From: Rubrobacteraceae bacterium
GTDB taxonomy: Bacteria > Actinomycetota > Rubrobacteria > Rubrobacterales > Rubrobacteraceae
Length of the DNA: 31,310 nt
Assembly: GCA_029240775.1 (NCBI GenBank)
Contig: JARDZQ010000001.1
Span: forward strand, 1-31,310
Direction of reading: 5' to 3'
The notes below the pieces were generated by a model, which ran no database searches, had not been told where the DNA came from, and worked only from the letters and a program-made list of their open reading frames with translations. Below, in pieces: positions 9,146 to 18,207 of this stretch; position 1 is the first letter of the stretch; the number at the start of each line of letters is the position of its first letter. Both the position numbers and the translations under genes were made by a program.

Positions 9146-10023
9146 GGTTCGTAGGTTGCGCAGCGGCGTGGAGGCCGGGCGAGGCGCGCGATCGCCACTC
9201 GTGTCTCGTGGTGCTGGACGAGCGGGGGAGCATCATCGCCAACTCCTTCGCGGAGGACGCGGGGCAGATAGCGGCGGCGATCGAGGACTACGCCGCCGAG
9301 CGGCGGGGTGTGATCGTCGGCGTCGACGCCCCGCTCGCCGTCCCGAACGAGCGGGGGACGCGCAGGATAGAGCGCATCCTCTCCAAAGTGGCGCTGCCGG
9401 CGTACTCGGCGAGTCGCAAGATGTTCGGCGGGGAGCCATACTCCGAGGAGCTCCTTTCACAGCTGGAGGGGGTGGGGATCGAGTACACGGACTACCCTTT
9501 CCCGCGGACGCGCGGCCAGAGGACGGTCACCGAGGTGGACTCGGCGGCTGCACTCAAGATCCTGGCTCTAGAGCGCACCGCCCGCGACGGCGAGCCTTCG
9601 TGGAACGAGCCGAACGGGAAGGACCTTGCGCAGGTGCTGCGCAAGATGGAGGAGCCGAAGCTGAGGAAGGGGAACAAGGAGGAGCGGGCCACGGCCCTCA
9701 AGACGGCGGTGGACATCCTCTGGAACACCCCGGGCCTGCGCCTGAGGACCGGTAACCTCTCGGCCGACCTCTCCGCATCCGAGAACGTGGACCTCTCGAA
9801 GATAGACGTGGGCGCCGGGCTCTCGCACGCGGAGCTCGACCGGATCGCGAGCCTCATCGAAGGGACGCTCGCGGCCTACGCGGTGCACCGGCACTGGCGG
9901 GGTCGTGACGGCTCGATGGTGGTCGGGACCGGCGACGAGGGCTCGGTCCTGCTGCCCGCCTCCGAGATACTTCACGCCCGCATAGCCGAGGAGTGCCGGG
10001 CAGCCGGCGTGCCCTACGTGTGA
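9142..10023 (+). CDS. DUF429-like (predicted RNase H-fold) protein with degenerate motifs; start moved to GTG 9142
   Basis: GTGA overlap with glmM; [10 protein letters not shown] and [20 protein letters not shown] resemble the DUF429 GxDLAW and DAPLxVPNxxGxR patterns. Confidence 0.6.
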   Translation: MRFVGCAAAWRPGEARDRHSCLVVLDERGSIIANSFAEDAGQIAAAIEDYAAERRGVIVGVDAPLAVPNERGTRRIERILSKVALPAYSASRKMFGGEPYSEELLSQLEGVGIEYTDYPFPRTRGQRTVTEVDSAAALKILALERTARDGEPSWNEPNGKDLAQVLRKMEEPKLRKGNKEERATALKTAVDILWNTPGLRLRTGNLSADLSASENVDLSKIDVGAGLSHAELDRIASLIEGTLAAYAVHRHWRGRDGSMVVGTGDEGSVLLPASEILHARIAEECRAAGVPYV

Positions 10024-10796
10024 CGGTGGGCCTCCTTGTGCGCATAATCCCGTGCCTCGATGTGGACGCCGGCCGCGTCGTGAAGGGGACCAACTTCAAG
10101 GACCTAAGAGACGCCGGGGACCCGGTCGAGCTCGCCGCTCTCTACGACCGCGAGGGGGCGGACGAGATCGTCTTCTACGACATCACCGCCTCGCACGAGC
10201 AACGGAACACCGCTACCGAACTGGCTCGCCGGACCGCCGAGAAGGTCTTTATCCCGTACACCATCGGCGGCGGGGTGAGGAGCGCCGACGACATGCGCGC
10301 TATGCTGCGTGCCGGGGCCGACAAGGTCTCCATAAACAGCGCCGCCGTCCGCAACCCCGACCTCATAAACGAGAGCGCGGAGCGCTTCGGTAACCAGTGC
10401 GTAGTACTCAGCGTGGACGTGAAGCGCCGCGCGTCCGCTCCCGGCTCCGCCCCCGGCTGGGAGGTCTACCTGAACGGAGGGCGCTTGAACACGGGGATGG
10501 ACGTCCTCTCGTGGCTCGTGGAGGGGGAGAGGCGGGGCGCTGGCGAGTTCGTCCTCAACAGCATGGACGCCGACGGCACCGAGGGCGGTTACGACCTGGA
10601 GCTAATCTCCGCCGTAGCCGAGAAGACGAGCGTGCCCCTGGTCGCCTCGGGCGGTGCGGGGGGCCCGGAGCACATGGTCGCGGCCGTCCACGCCGGCGCC
10701 GGCGCCGTGCTGGCCGCGAGCATCTTCCACTTCGGTGAGTGGAGCATAGCGGAGGTCAAGGAGTACATGCGAAGAGCAGGAATCCCGGTCAGGTGA
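10020..10796 (+). CDS. hisF: Imidazole glycerol phosphate synthase cyclase subunit (start approximate: 10020, 10026 or 10038)
   Basis: [61 protein letters not shown]. Confidence 0.96.
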   Translation: MTVGLLVRIIPCLDVDAGRVVKGTNFKDLRDAGDPVELAALYDREGADEIVFYDITASHEQRNTATELARRTAEKVFIPYTIGGGVRSADDMRAMLRAGADKVSINSAAVRNPDLINESAERFGNQCVVLSVDVKRRASAPGSAPGWEVYLNGGRLNTGMDVLSWLVEGERRGAGEFVLNSMDADGTEGGYDLELISAVAEKTSVPLVASGGAGGPEHMVAAVHAGAGAVLAASIFHFGEWSIAEVKEYMRRAGIPVR

Positions 10797-11422
10797 ACGG
10801 GCTGGAAGAGATCCAATTCGACCAGAGGGGCCTCGTCCCCGTCATAGCCCAGGACGCGACCACGAACGCCGTCCTGACGCTTGCCTACGCGAACCGCGAG
10901 GCGGTCGAGAAGACCCTGATGAGCGGCGAGGCCCACTACTACTCGCGCTCCCGCGCCGAGCTCTGGCGCAAGGGCGCGACGAGCGGGAACACGCAGAGGG
11001 TGGTCGAGGTCAGCCTGGACTGCGACGGCGACGCCCTCCTCTACAGAGTAGAGCCGCGCGGTCCCGCCTGCCACACGGGCGAGGAGACCTGCTTCTTCAC
11101 GACCGTGGAGGGCGAAGGGATCGAGGGTGACGGCGGCGAATACGACCTCGGAGCGATGCTGAACAAGCTGGCCGCGACGATCTCCCAGCGGCACCGTGAG
11201 ATGCCGGAGGGCTCTTACACGGCGAGGCTCCTCGGTGAGAGGACCGAGCGCGTGGCCCAGAAGGTCGGCGAGGAGGCTGTCGAGGTCGTCGTGGCGGCGC
11301 TCGCTGGCGAGCGGCTCGCCGAGGAGGCCGCCGACCTTGTCTACCACCTCCTGGTTCTGCTCGAGGAGCGGGGGGTTGGAGCCGATCAGGTGGCGAGGGT
11401 GCTCCATGATAGGCACGGCTAA
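10793..11422 (+). CDS. hisIE: Bifunctional phosphoribosyl-AMP cyclohydrolase / phosphoribosyl-ATP pyrophosphatase (GTG 10793)
   Basis: [44 protein letters not shown], then [28 protein letters not shown]. Confidence 0.95.
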   Translation: MNGLEEIQFDQRGLVPVIAQDATTNAVLTLAYANREAVEKTLMSGEAHYYSRSRAELWRKGATSGNTQRVVEVSLDCDGDALLYRVEPRGPACHTGEETCFFTTVEGEGIEGDGGEYDLGAMLNKLAATISQRHREMPEGSYTARLLGERTERVAQKVGEEAVEVVVAALAGERLAEEAADLVYHLLVLLEERGVGADQVARVLHDRHG

Positions 11423-12926
11423 CCTCAACCTGACGCCCTCGCTTGGGGAGGCCCGCGCCCTCGCCAGGGACTACGACGTCGTGCCGCTCTACGCCGAGTT
11501 CATCGGGGACCTCGAGACGCCCATCTCCGCGGTCCTCAAGTTCTCCGGAGAGGAGAACGTCTTCCTGCTCGAGAGCGCCGAGGCCGCCGAGAGGTTTGGC
11601 CGCTACTCCTTCCTCGGCTTCGACCCCAAGCGCACGCTCTCGTATCGTGACGGCCTTTACACCGTCGTGGACGCCGACGGGGTGCGCGAGGTGCCGGCCA
11701 AAGATCCCTTCCGGGGCTTGGCGGAGATCATGGGCCGGAGGACCGTCGCCCCGCTGCCGAATTTGCCCGCATTCGTCGGTGGTGCGGTCGGCTACCTCTC
11801 CTACGACGCCGTGCGCTACCTGGAGAGGCTTCCGGACGCTCCTCCCGACGACCTCAACGTTCCGGAGGCGTACTTCGCGGTCACCGATTCGCTCGTCGTC
11901 TTCGACCACCTCAGGCACAAGGTGTTAGTGATCTCGCTGGTGGACGCGGCCCGTCTCCGCCACGTGGAGGGCGAGGGGTTCGCCGCTGCCTACCGCCGGG
12001 CCGCTGACGATATCCGGCGGGTTGCCGAGAGGCTCTCCGCCCCGCTCGCGCGCCGGGCGCTCCCGTCTGGCAGCGGGGACTTCGGCATCTCCTCGAACTT
12101 CAGCCGGGAAGGGTACGAGGAAGCTGTGCAGAGGGCCAAGGAGTACATCCGGGCGGGGGACGCCTTCCAGATCGTACCCTCCCAGAGGTTCGCCTCGCCC
12201 GTAGGCGACCTCGACCCGCTGCTGTTGTACAGGGGCCTGCGCACGGTCAACCCCTCACCCTACATGACGTACCTGAAGCTAGGGGACCTCTCCCTCGTGG
12301 GCGCCTCGCCCGAGCCTCTCGTGCGCGTCGAGGGCCGACGCGTGATGACCCGGCCCATAGCGGGCACGCGGCCTCGGGGCGCGACGCCGGAGGAGGACGC
12401 CCTTCTGGCCGAGGAGCTCCTCGCCGACGAGAAGGAGCGGGCCGAGCACGTCATGCTCGTTGACCTCGGGCGCAACGACCTGGGGCGGGTGAGCGAGGTG
12501 GGCTCCGTGGAGCTCGCGAGCTTTATGGAGGTAGAGCGCTACTCGCACGTCATGCACATTGTCTCGACCGTCGAAGGAAACCTGCGGGACGATCTCACCG
12601 CCCTGGATGCTCTGGCGGCAGCCTTTCCTGCAGGTACCGTCTCGGGGGCTCCGAAGGTGCGGGCGATGGGGATCATCGACGAGCTCGAGCCTACCCGCCG
12701 CGGTCCCTACGCGGGGGCCACCGGCTACTACGGCGTGGACGGTCGCCTCGACACGTGCATAACGCTCCGCACCGCCCTCCTCAAGGACGGCGTCGCCTAC
12801 TTCCAGGCCGGCGGCGGCGTCGTGGCGGACTCCGTCCCCTCCCTGGAGTACGAGGAGTCGCGCAACAAGGCGCGCGCGATGTCGCGGGCGCTCGAGGTTG
12901 CGAGGAGCCGGGAGATGTGGCTGTAG
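11406..12926 (+). CDS. trpE: Anthranilate synthase component I (ATG 11406)
   Basis: [69 protein letters not shown] pabB identity is less likely given LLES and NPSPYM. Confidence 0.88.
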   Translation: MIGTANLNLTPSLGEARALARDYDVVPLYAEFIGDLETPISAVLKFSGEENVFLLESAEAAERFGRYSFLGFDPKRTLSYRDGLYTVVDADGVREVPAKDPFRGLAEIMGRRTVAPLPNLPAFVGGAVGYLSYDAVRYLERLPDAPPDDLNVPEAYFAVTDSLVVFDHLRHKVLVISLVDAARLRHVEGEGFAAAYRRAADDIRRVAERLSAPLARRALPSGSGDFGISSNFSREGYEEAVQRAKEYIRAGDAFQIVPSQRFASPVGDLDPLLLYRGLRTVNPSPYMTYLKLGDLSLVGASPEPLVRVEGRRVMTRPIAGTRPRGATPEEDALLAEELLADEKERAEHVMLVDLGRNDLGRVSEVGSVELASFMEVERYSHVMHIVSTVEGNLRDDLTALDALAAAFPAGTVSGAPKVRAMGIIDELEPTRRGPYAGATGYYGVDGRLDTCITLRTALLKDGVAYFQAGGGVVADSVPSLEYEESRNKARAMSRALEVARSREMWL

Positions 12927-13842
12927 ATGGGGGTCAAGGTAGACATCAGGGGCCCGGTCGGGCGGCGCATCCCCGAGGTCGTGGAGTTCGTACTGCGGTG
13001 CGAGGAGGCCGGGTTCCATGGCGTCGGGGTACACGACCACCACAGCGGCACAGACGTCTACGTCACCCTGGCGCTTGCGGCTTCCCGCACCAGCGATCTC
13101 ACGCTCTATCCGGCCACCTCCAACACCATCACCCGCTAGTGCTCGCCAACTCGCTCGAAGAAGGGCCCCCGGCAGGACCTTCCTGACCCTCGCGCCGGGG
13201 TTCCTCTCGGTGGAGTCCGCCGGGCGGCGCAGGGCTTCGCTCGAGAGCCTGTGCGATGACGTCGTCGCGATACGCCGACTGCTGGCGGGGGAGGCGGTAC
13301 CCTCCGGCGAGACGAGCGTGCGCCTGCGCAACCACCCCGACGGGCGGTTGCCGGTCTTGCTGACCGCGTCGGGTCCGCGCCTGCTCGAGCTGGCCGGCGA
13401 GGTCGCTGACGGGGCCCTGATGCTCGTGGGGTTGCACCCGGATTCCGTCGCAGCGGCCAGGGAGCACCTCAGGATAGGGGCGCACAGGGCCGTCGGCGAA
13501 GCAGAGGCGGTGGGGGAGTGGCCGCCGCGGTGGTTCCGACCAGACCAGCCGTGGCTCGAGTATCCGAGCCGGTCGAACCTCCGCTGGCTCAGGGAGGCCG
13601 GGCTACGACTGCCCGAGAGCCCGGAGCACATAGCGGATGACCTCGCCGAAGGCATCTGCGACGCATTCGGCCTCTTCGGCGGGGCCGAGCACTGCGCGGA
13701 GCGTTTGATCCGGGCGCACGAGGAGGCCGGTATCGACCACGCCTTCCTCTTTCCGGCTCACACCTTCGAGACCGGTTACGAGATGCCGCGGGCTGAGGTA
13801 GAGGCTTTCGGGCAGGTGATCCGACCCCGCCTCGAGGCCTGA
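12927..13842 (+). pseudogene. LLM-class flavin-dependent oxidoreductase, frameshifted
   Basis: The 5' part (EEAGFHGVGVHDHH..LALAASRTSDLTL) stops at TAG 13137-13139. HPLVLANSLEE follows in a second frame, and APGRTFL..ASGPRLLELAGEVADG..RPRLEA* in a third. Confidence 0.8.
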
Positions 13843-13894
13843 TCGCTATCCCGTCCCTTCTCTCGGGTATACTCGTTTTCGTCCTCGTCACGCC

Positions 13895-13912
13895 GCGGTC
13901 TATCTAGACCGC
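13895..13912. promoter_or_regulatory. Perfect palindrome GCGGTCTA-TC-TAGACCGC (operator-like)
   Basis: 8-bp arms with a 2-nt spacer and no U-tract, upstream of the plsY-like gene. Confidence 0.45.
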
Positions 13913-13952
13913 CGCGCGCCTGCGGAGTTCGGCCAAAGTTCCCCCGTTCCGC

Positions 13953-13958
13953 TATACT
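13953..13958 (+). promoter_or_regulatory. Candidate -10 (TATACT) of a near-leaderless promoter for the lipid operon
   Basis: Nine bases separate the hexamer from ATG 13968 and there is no SD. A second TATACT lies at 13868-13873. Confidence 0.5.
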
Positions 13959-13967
13959 TTCTCCGCC

Positions 13968-14573
13968 ATGTTAGGGGTTCTCCTGGTCTTGTGCGGGTAC
14001 CTGCTGGGCTCCGTGCCCACCGGACTTCTGGTGGGACGGGCCTTTGGCGTGGACGTGCTCGAGGTCGGCAGCGGGAACATCGGGATGGCCAACGTGCTGC
14101 GGGCGGCGGGCAAGTGGCCGGCCGCGCTGACCATGCTCGGGGACATGCTCAAGGGTTTCGTGCCCGTCGTGCTCGCGCGGGCGATCACCGACAACGGGTG
14201 GATCATAGCCGCCGTGGCGATGGCCGCCGTGATCGGCGCGTGCTGGTCGGTGTTCTTGAGATTCAGGGGGGGCAAGGCCGTGGCTACGGGGGCCGGGACG
14301 ACTATAGGGCTCGCTCTGCCCCTCGGGCTTGCGCTCTTCGCGCTGTGGTGGATCGTGGCGCTCACCACCCGCTACACTTCGCTGGCGGCGATCGTGCTGA
14401 TGATCGTGACGCCGTTCGCGTTCCTGGCCACCGGCCAGCCGCTCCCCTACGTGGTCTACACGGTCGCCGGCGGCCTGCTGGTCTTGTGGCGGCACCGGGA
14501 GAACGCGCGCGCGCTGCTCGCGGGCAGGGAGCGGAAGTTCGGCGAGAGGGTGAGGAAGAAGCGTGCTCGCTGA
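13968..14573 (+). CDS. plsY: PlsY-family glycerol-3-phosphate acyltransferase-like membrane protein (divergent)
   Basis: YLLGSVPTG, GSGNIGMANVLR, DMLKG, FRGGKAVAT, RYTSLA, RHRENARALLAGRE. Confidence 0.85.
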   Translation: MLGVLLVLCGYLLGSVPTGLLVGRAFGVDVLEVGSGNIGMANVLRAAGKWPAALTMLGDMLKGFVPVVLARAITDNGWIIAAVAMAAVIGACWSVFLRFRGGKAVATGAGTTIGLALPLGLALFALWWIVALTTRYTSLAAIVLMIVTPFAFLATGQPLPYVVYTVAGGLLVLWRHRENARALLAGRERKFGERVRKKRAR

Positions 14574-16821
14574 GGCCTACCGCGGGAAGTCGGTGCTGCT
14601 CACTGGAGGGACCGGCTTCCTCGGGACGGCGCTCGTCGAGAAGATCCTGCGCAGCCTCCCCGAGCTGGGTCGGCTTTATCTCCTGATCCGGGCCTCCCGT
14701 GAGAAGAGCGCCGCCTCTCGTTTCGAAAAGGACGTGCTGGACTCCGCCGCCTTTCGCGGGCTGCGCGAGGAGAGGGGCGACTCTTTTCGCGATTACGTTG
14801 CGAGCAAGGTGTGCGTGCTCGAAGGCGACGTGCACGCCCCCTCGCTGGGTCTCGGCGAAGAGGACCTCGCCGAGCTCTCGCGCGAGGTGGACGTGGTGAT
14901 CCACTCCGCCGCCTCGGTCGTCTTCGACGCTCCCTTAGACGCCGCGGTCGAGTCGAACGTCCACGGCACTCTAGGTCTGCTCCGGCTCGCGCGCGGTTGG
15001 GAGAAGAGGCCGCTCTTATTGCACGTCTCGACAGCCTACGTCGCCGGCATGCGCGAGGGCTTCGCGCCCGAGAAGCCGCCCGGGAGCCGGTCGCCGAACG
15101 GTACGCCGCTCGACCCCTACGAGGAGGTGTCGCATCTAGAGGGCGTGGTGCGGGAGGTAGAGGAGGCCTCGAGGGAGCGCGCGCTGCTCAGGCGATTCGA
15201 GACGGAGGCCAGGAGAGAGCTCGGGATGGTAGGCGAGGACGAGGAGGTCGCCGAGAGGACGGACCAGCTCAGGCGGGCCTGGGTGCGCGAGCGCCTCGTC
15301 GAGCGCGGTACCGAGCGCGCCCGCGCTCTGGGCTGGCACGACGTCTACACCTTCACCAAGTCGCTAGCGGAACGGATGGTCGTCAGGGAGCGGGGCGAGG
15401 TGCCGCTCATCATCCTCAGGCCGGCGATCATAGAGAGCAGCCAGCACGAGCCTTATCCGGGTTGGATCCAGGGCTCCAGGATGGCAGACCCGATCATCAT
15501 GGCGTTCGCGAAGGGGATCCTGCGCGAGTTCCCCGGCGACCCCGAGAGCCTGGTAGATATCGTACCCGTAGACCACGTCGTGAACGGAACTTTGGCGGCC
15601 GCCGCGAGGCGTCCCGAGGATCCTGAAGTCTTCCAGGTCGCCTCGGGGGACCACAACCCCTTGCGCTACCGCCAGCTCTACGAGCATGTCAGGGAGTACT
15701 TCCTCGAGAACCCGCTGCGCGACTCGGGCGGACGACCGCTGCAGCCCGCGGAGTGGAGCTTCCCCGGCCGCCGGGCCGTGGAGCGCCGGCTCAAGGCGGA
15801 GCTCGCTGGCCTCGAGGTCGCCGGAGTGGTGGTCTCCAGGTTGCCAGAAGGGCACATCACCGCCGATCTGCGTGGCAGGATCGCGCGCGCCGAGAAGCGT
15901 GCCAGGATGAGCCTCTACTACAGCCGCATCTACGGCCCTTACTCCTCGGGGACCGCGACCTTCTCGACGGCCCGGACCCTGGAGCTCTTCGACTCTCTCC
16001 CGCGAGAGGACAGGGAGGAGTTCCCCTTCGACATCGCCGACCTGGACTGGAGAGAGTGGCTGCAGGGGACCCACCTGCCGGCGCTCACGACGCGCCCGAG
16101 CCGCAAGAAGCGCAGGAAGGCGGCCGAGGAGAGGCCCAGGGAGGTGGCGGCGATCTTCGACGTGGACGGCACGCTCGTCGGCTCGAACGTGGTCTCGTAT
16201 TACGCCTGGCTTAAGATGCGCGAGATGCCAGCGGCGACCCGCCCGCTCTGGGCCGCCGGGTTTTTGGCCAAGATCCCCTTCTACTGGGCCCTGGACAAGG
16301 TGAGCCGGGCCCACTTCAACCGCGCGTTCTACAAGAACTACGCTGGCTGGGAGCCCTCCCGCGCCAGACACCTCGGCCAGGAGAGCTTCCCCGGCTTCAC
16401 CCTGAGCCGCATCTACCCCGACGCCCTGGAATGCTTGCGCGAGCACAAGCGGATGGGCCACCGCGTAGTCCTGCTCTCGGGCGCTTTAGACTTCCTCCTC
16501 GACCCGTTCAAGGACCTCGCCGACGATGTGCTCTCCGCCTCGCTCGCCGAGGAGGACGGCGTCTACACCGGAGAGCTCTCCGGGGCGCCGGTAGCGGGCG
16601 AGGCCCGCGCTAGGATGCTCGCCTCCTTCGCCCGCAAGCGGGGCGTGGACCTCGGCCGCTCCTACGCCTACGCCGACTCCATCTCCGACCTGCCGATGCT
16701 CGAGGCCGTCGGCAACCCGGTCGCCGTCAACCCCGACCGCAGGCTCGCCGCGGCCGCGAAGGAGCGCGGCTGGCAGCTGCGGCGCTGGAGCAAGAACGGC
16801 TCCTCCCCAGACAAGGTCTAG
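14563..16821 (+). CDS. Fatty acyl-CoA reductase (extended SDR plus sterile-like domain) fused to a C-terminal HAD-IB phosphatase
   Basis: FAR part: TGGTGFLG, HSAASVVF, HVSTAYV, YTFTK, RPAIIES, FPFD..LDW. HAD part from about 16141: IFDVDGTL, LSGA, AYADSISDLPML, AVNPD. Confidence 0.88.
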   Translation: MLAEAYRGKSVLLTGGTGFLGTALVEKILRSLPELGRLYLLIRASREKSAASRFEKDVLDSAAFRGLREERGDSFRDYVASKVCVLEGDVHAPSLGLGEEDLAELSREVDVVIHSAASVVFDAPLDAAVESNVHGTLGLLRLARGWEKRPLLLHVSTAYVAGMREGFAPEKPPGSRSPNGTPLDPYEEVSHLEGVVREVEEASRERALLRRFETEARRELGMVGEDEEVAERTDQLRRAWVRERLVERGTERARALGWHDVYTFTKSLAERMVVRERGEVPLIILRPAIIESSQHEPYPGWIQGSRMADPIIMAFAKGILREFPGDPESLVDIVPVDHVVNGTLAAAARRPEDPEVFQVASGDHNPLRYRQLYEHVREYFLENPLRDSGGRPLQPAEWSFPGRRAVERRLKAELAGLEVAGVVVSRLPEGHITADLRGRIARAEKRARMSLYYSRIYGPYSSGTATFSTARTLELFDSLPREDREEFPFDIADLDWREWLQGTHLPALTTRPSRKKRRKAAEERPREVAAIFDVDGTLVGSNVVSYYAWLKMREMPAATRPLWAAGFLAKIPFYWALDKVSRAHFNRAFYKNYAGWEPSRARHLGQESFPGFTLSRIYPDALECLREHKRMGHRVVLLSGALDFLLDPFKDLADDVLSASLAEEDGVYTGELSGAPVAGEARARMLASFARKRGVDLGRSYAYADSISDLPMLEAVGNPVAVNPDRRLAAAAKERGWQLRRWSKNGSSPDKV

Positions 16822-16822
16822 G

Positions 16823-18058
16823 GTGCTCGCCCTCCGCTACAGGAAGTCTGTCCCACGCTACCTGCTCATGCGCGCCGGCGCAAAGCGCATAAAGAGTCTG
16901 GAGACGAGCCGCTTCTCCCCCTTGAAGCTCGAAGAGATCCCCGACCCTACCCTCCCGACCTCCGAGTGGGTGCGGGTCAGACCCCTCCTCTCGGGTATCT
17001 GCGGCTCTGACCTTGGCACGCTCTCCTCCGGGAACTCGCCTTACTTCTCCCCGATCACCTCCCCACCCTTCGTCCTCGGCCACGAGGTCGTGGGCGTCGT
17101 TGCCGAAGACAATGGGGCTTTTCACGCGGGCGAGCGGGTCGTCCTCGAACCGGCCCTCGGCTGCGCTGTGCGCAGCATAGAGCCGCCGTGCCGTATGTGC
17201 GCCTCGGGCCGCTACGCCCTGTGCTTGAACGTCGCAAAAGGTGACATCTCGCCTGGCATCCAGACCGGCTTCTGCCGCGACACCGGCGGGGGCTGGTGCG
17301 AAGGTACGCTCGTCGCCCACCCCGCCCAGCTTCACAGGGTCCCGGACGACGTGCCGGACGAGGCCGCTGTCGCGGTGGAGCCGCTCGCCTGCGCGGTCCA
17401 CGCGGCACTGAAGGCAGACCCGGGCCCCGACGAGACGGCGCTCGTGGTCGGGGCCGGCTCCGTAGGCCTCTTCGTCGTCGCGGCGCTGGAGAACCTGACC
17501 CGCGCCGGACGGATAATCTGCGTCGCCAAGCACGATCGGCAGAGGAAGGAGGCCCTCCGCCTCGGCGCCGACGAGGTGGTGCACCCGAAAGACACCTACA
17601 CCACGCTCCCCGCCATGCTCGGCACCGAGGCGTACAGGCCGGAGATAGGCAAGCCCGTCGTCATGGGCGGCGCGGACAAGACCTTCGAGTGCGTCGGAGC
17701 CGCGGGAACGATGGAGGACGCCGTGAGGCTCACCAGGCCCGACGGCCAGGTCGTCCTCGTGGGGATGCCCTCCACGCGCAGCTGCCTCGACCTCACGGCG
17801 TTGTGGCACAAGGAGGTGACCCTCGCAGGCTCCTACGCCTACGGGATAGAGGAGTACGGGGGAGAGGAGATCAAAAGTTTCCAGCTCGCGCTCCGCCTCG
17901 CCCCGGCCGTGGACCTCGCGTCTCTGGTCGGCCCGCGCTTCCGCCTCACAGAGTACCGGGAGGCCATCGCCGCCGCCCGCGCCGCCGGCAGAGAGGGCCA
18001 CGTGAAGGTGGTCTTCGACCATAGAGCCGTTAGCTATGGGCCATCAGCGGTCAGCTAG
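16823..18058 (+). CDS. Zn-dependent medium-chain alcohol/polyol dehydrogenase (MDR family)
   Basis: SGICGSD, LGHEVVG, structural-Zn cysteines GC..PCRMC..ALC, EPLAC, GAGSVG, FECVG. Confidence 0.9.
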   Translation: MLALRYRKSVPRYLLMRAGAKRIKSLETSRFSPLKLEEIPDPTLPTSEWVRVRPLLSGICGSDLGTLSSGNSPYFSPITSPPFVLGHEVVGVVAEDNGAFHAGERVVLEPALGCAVRSIEPPCRMCASGRYALCLNVAKGDISPGIQTGFCRDTGGGWCEGTLVAHPAQLHRVPDDVPDEAAVAVEPLACAVHAALKADPGPDETALVVGAGSVGLFVVAALENLTRAGRIICVAKHDRQRKEALRLGADEVVHPKDTYTTLPAMLGTEAYRPEIGKPVVMGGADKTFECVGAAGTMEDAVRLTRPDGQVVLVGMPSTRSCLDLTALWHKEVTLAGSYAYGIEEYGGEEIKSFQLALRLAPAVDLASLVGPRFRLTEYREAIAAARAAGREGHVKVVFDHRAVSYGPSAVS

Positions 18059-18187
18059 AATTGCTGCCAACGTGCTGGTGGTGAGACCACGAAGCTATTC
18101 GGCGGTAGCTACTAGCACGGAGGCGAGGTCTGAGTAAGAAAGTTACGGCACAGAGAGCAGATAGCTGACGGCCCATAGCTGACAGCT
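18024..18187. repeat. Heptamer-based imperfect inverted repeat flanking an interior of about 100 bp
   Basis: Left arm 18025-18048 AGCCGTTAGCTATGGGCCATCAGC vs reverse complement of right arm 18164-18187 AGCTGTCAGCTATGGGCCGTCAGC (21/24 identical). Arms are built from 7-mers such as CAGCTAT/ATAGCTG. Confidence 0.8.
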
Positions 18188-18207
18188 TTGCGACCGAAGG
18201 GAGCAAT

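Noticed and set aside
12927-13842. Programmed frameshift joining the LLM halves, or two real small genes
   Set aside because: At least two frame changes plus missing sequence are needed, there is no slippery heptamer, and the halves are complementary parts of one TIM-barrel family.
16141-16821. Calling the HAD domain serB (phosphoserine phosphatase)
   Set aside because: It has HAD-IB motifs but is fused to a FAR in a lipid context, with no ACT domains or serine genes nearby. Substrate cannot be assigned.
18024-18187. CRISPR array, IS/MITE with target duplication, or DGR accessory (Avd) locus
   Set aside because: There is no repeat-spacer periodicity, cas gene, transposase, reverse transcriptase or evident target-site duplication. 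Only one inverted pair built of 7-mers is present.
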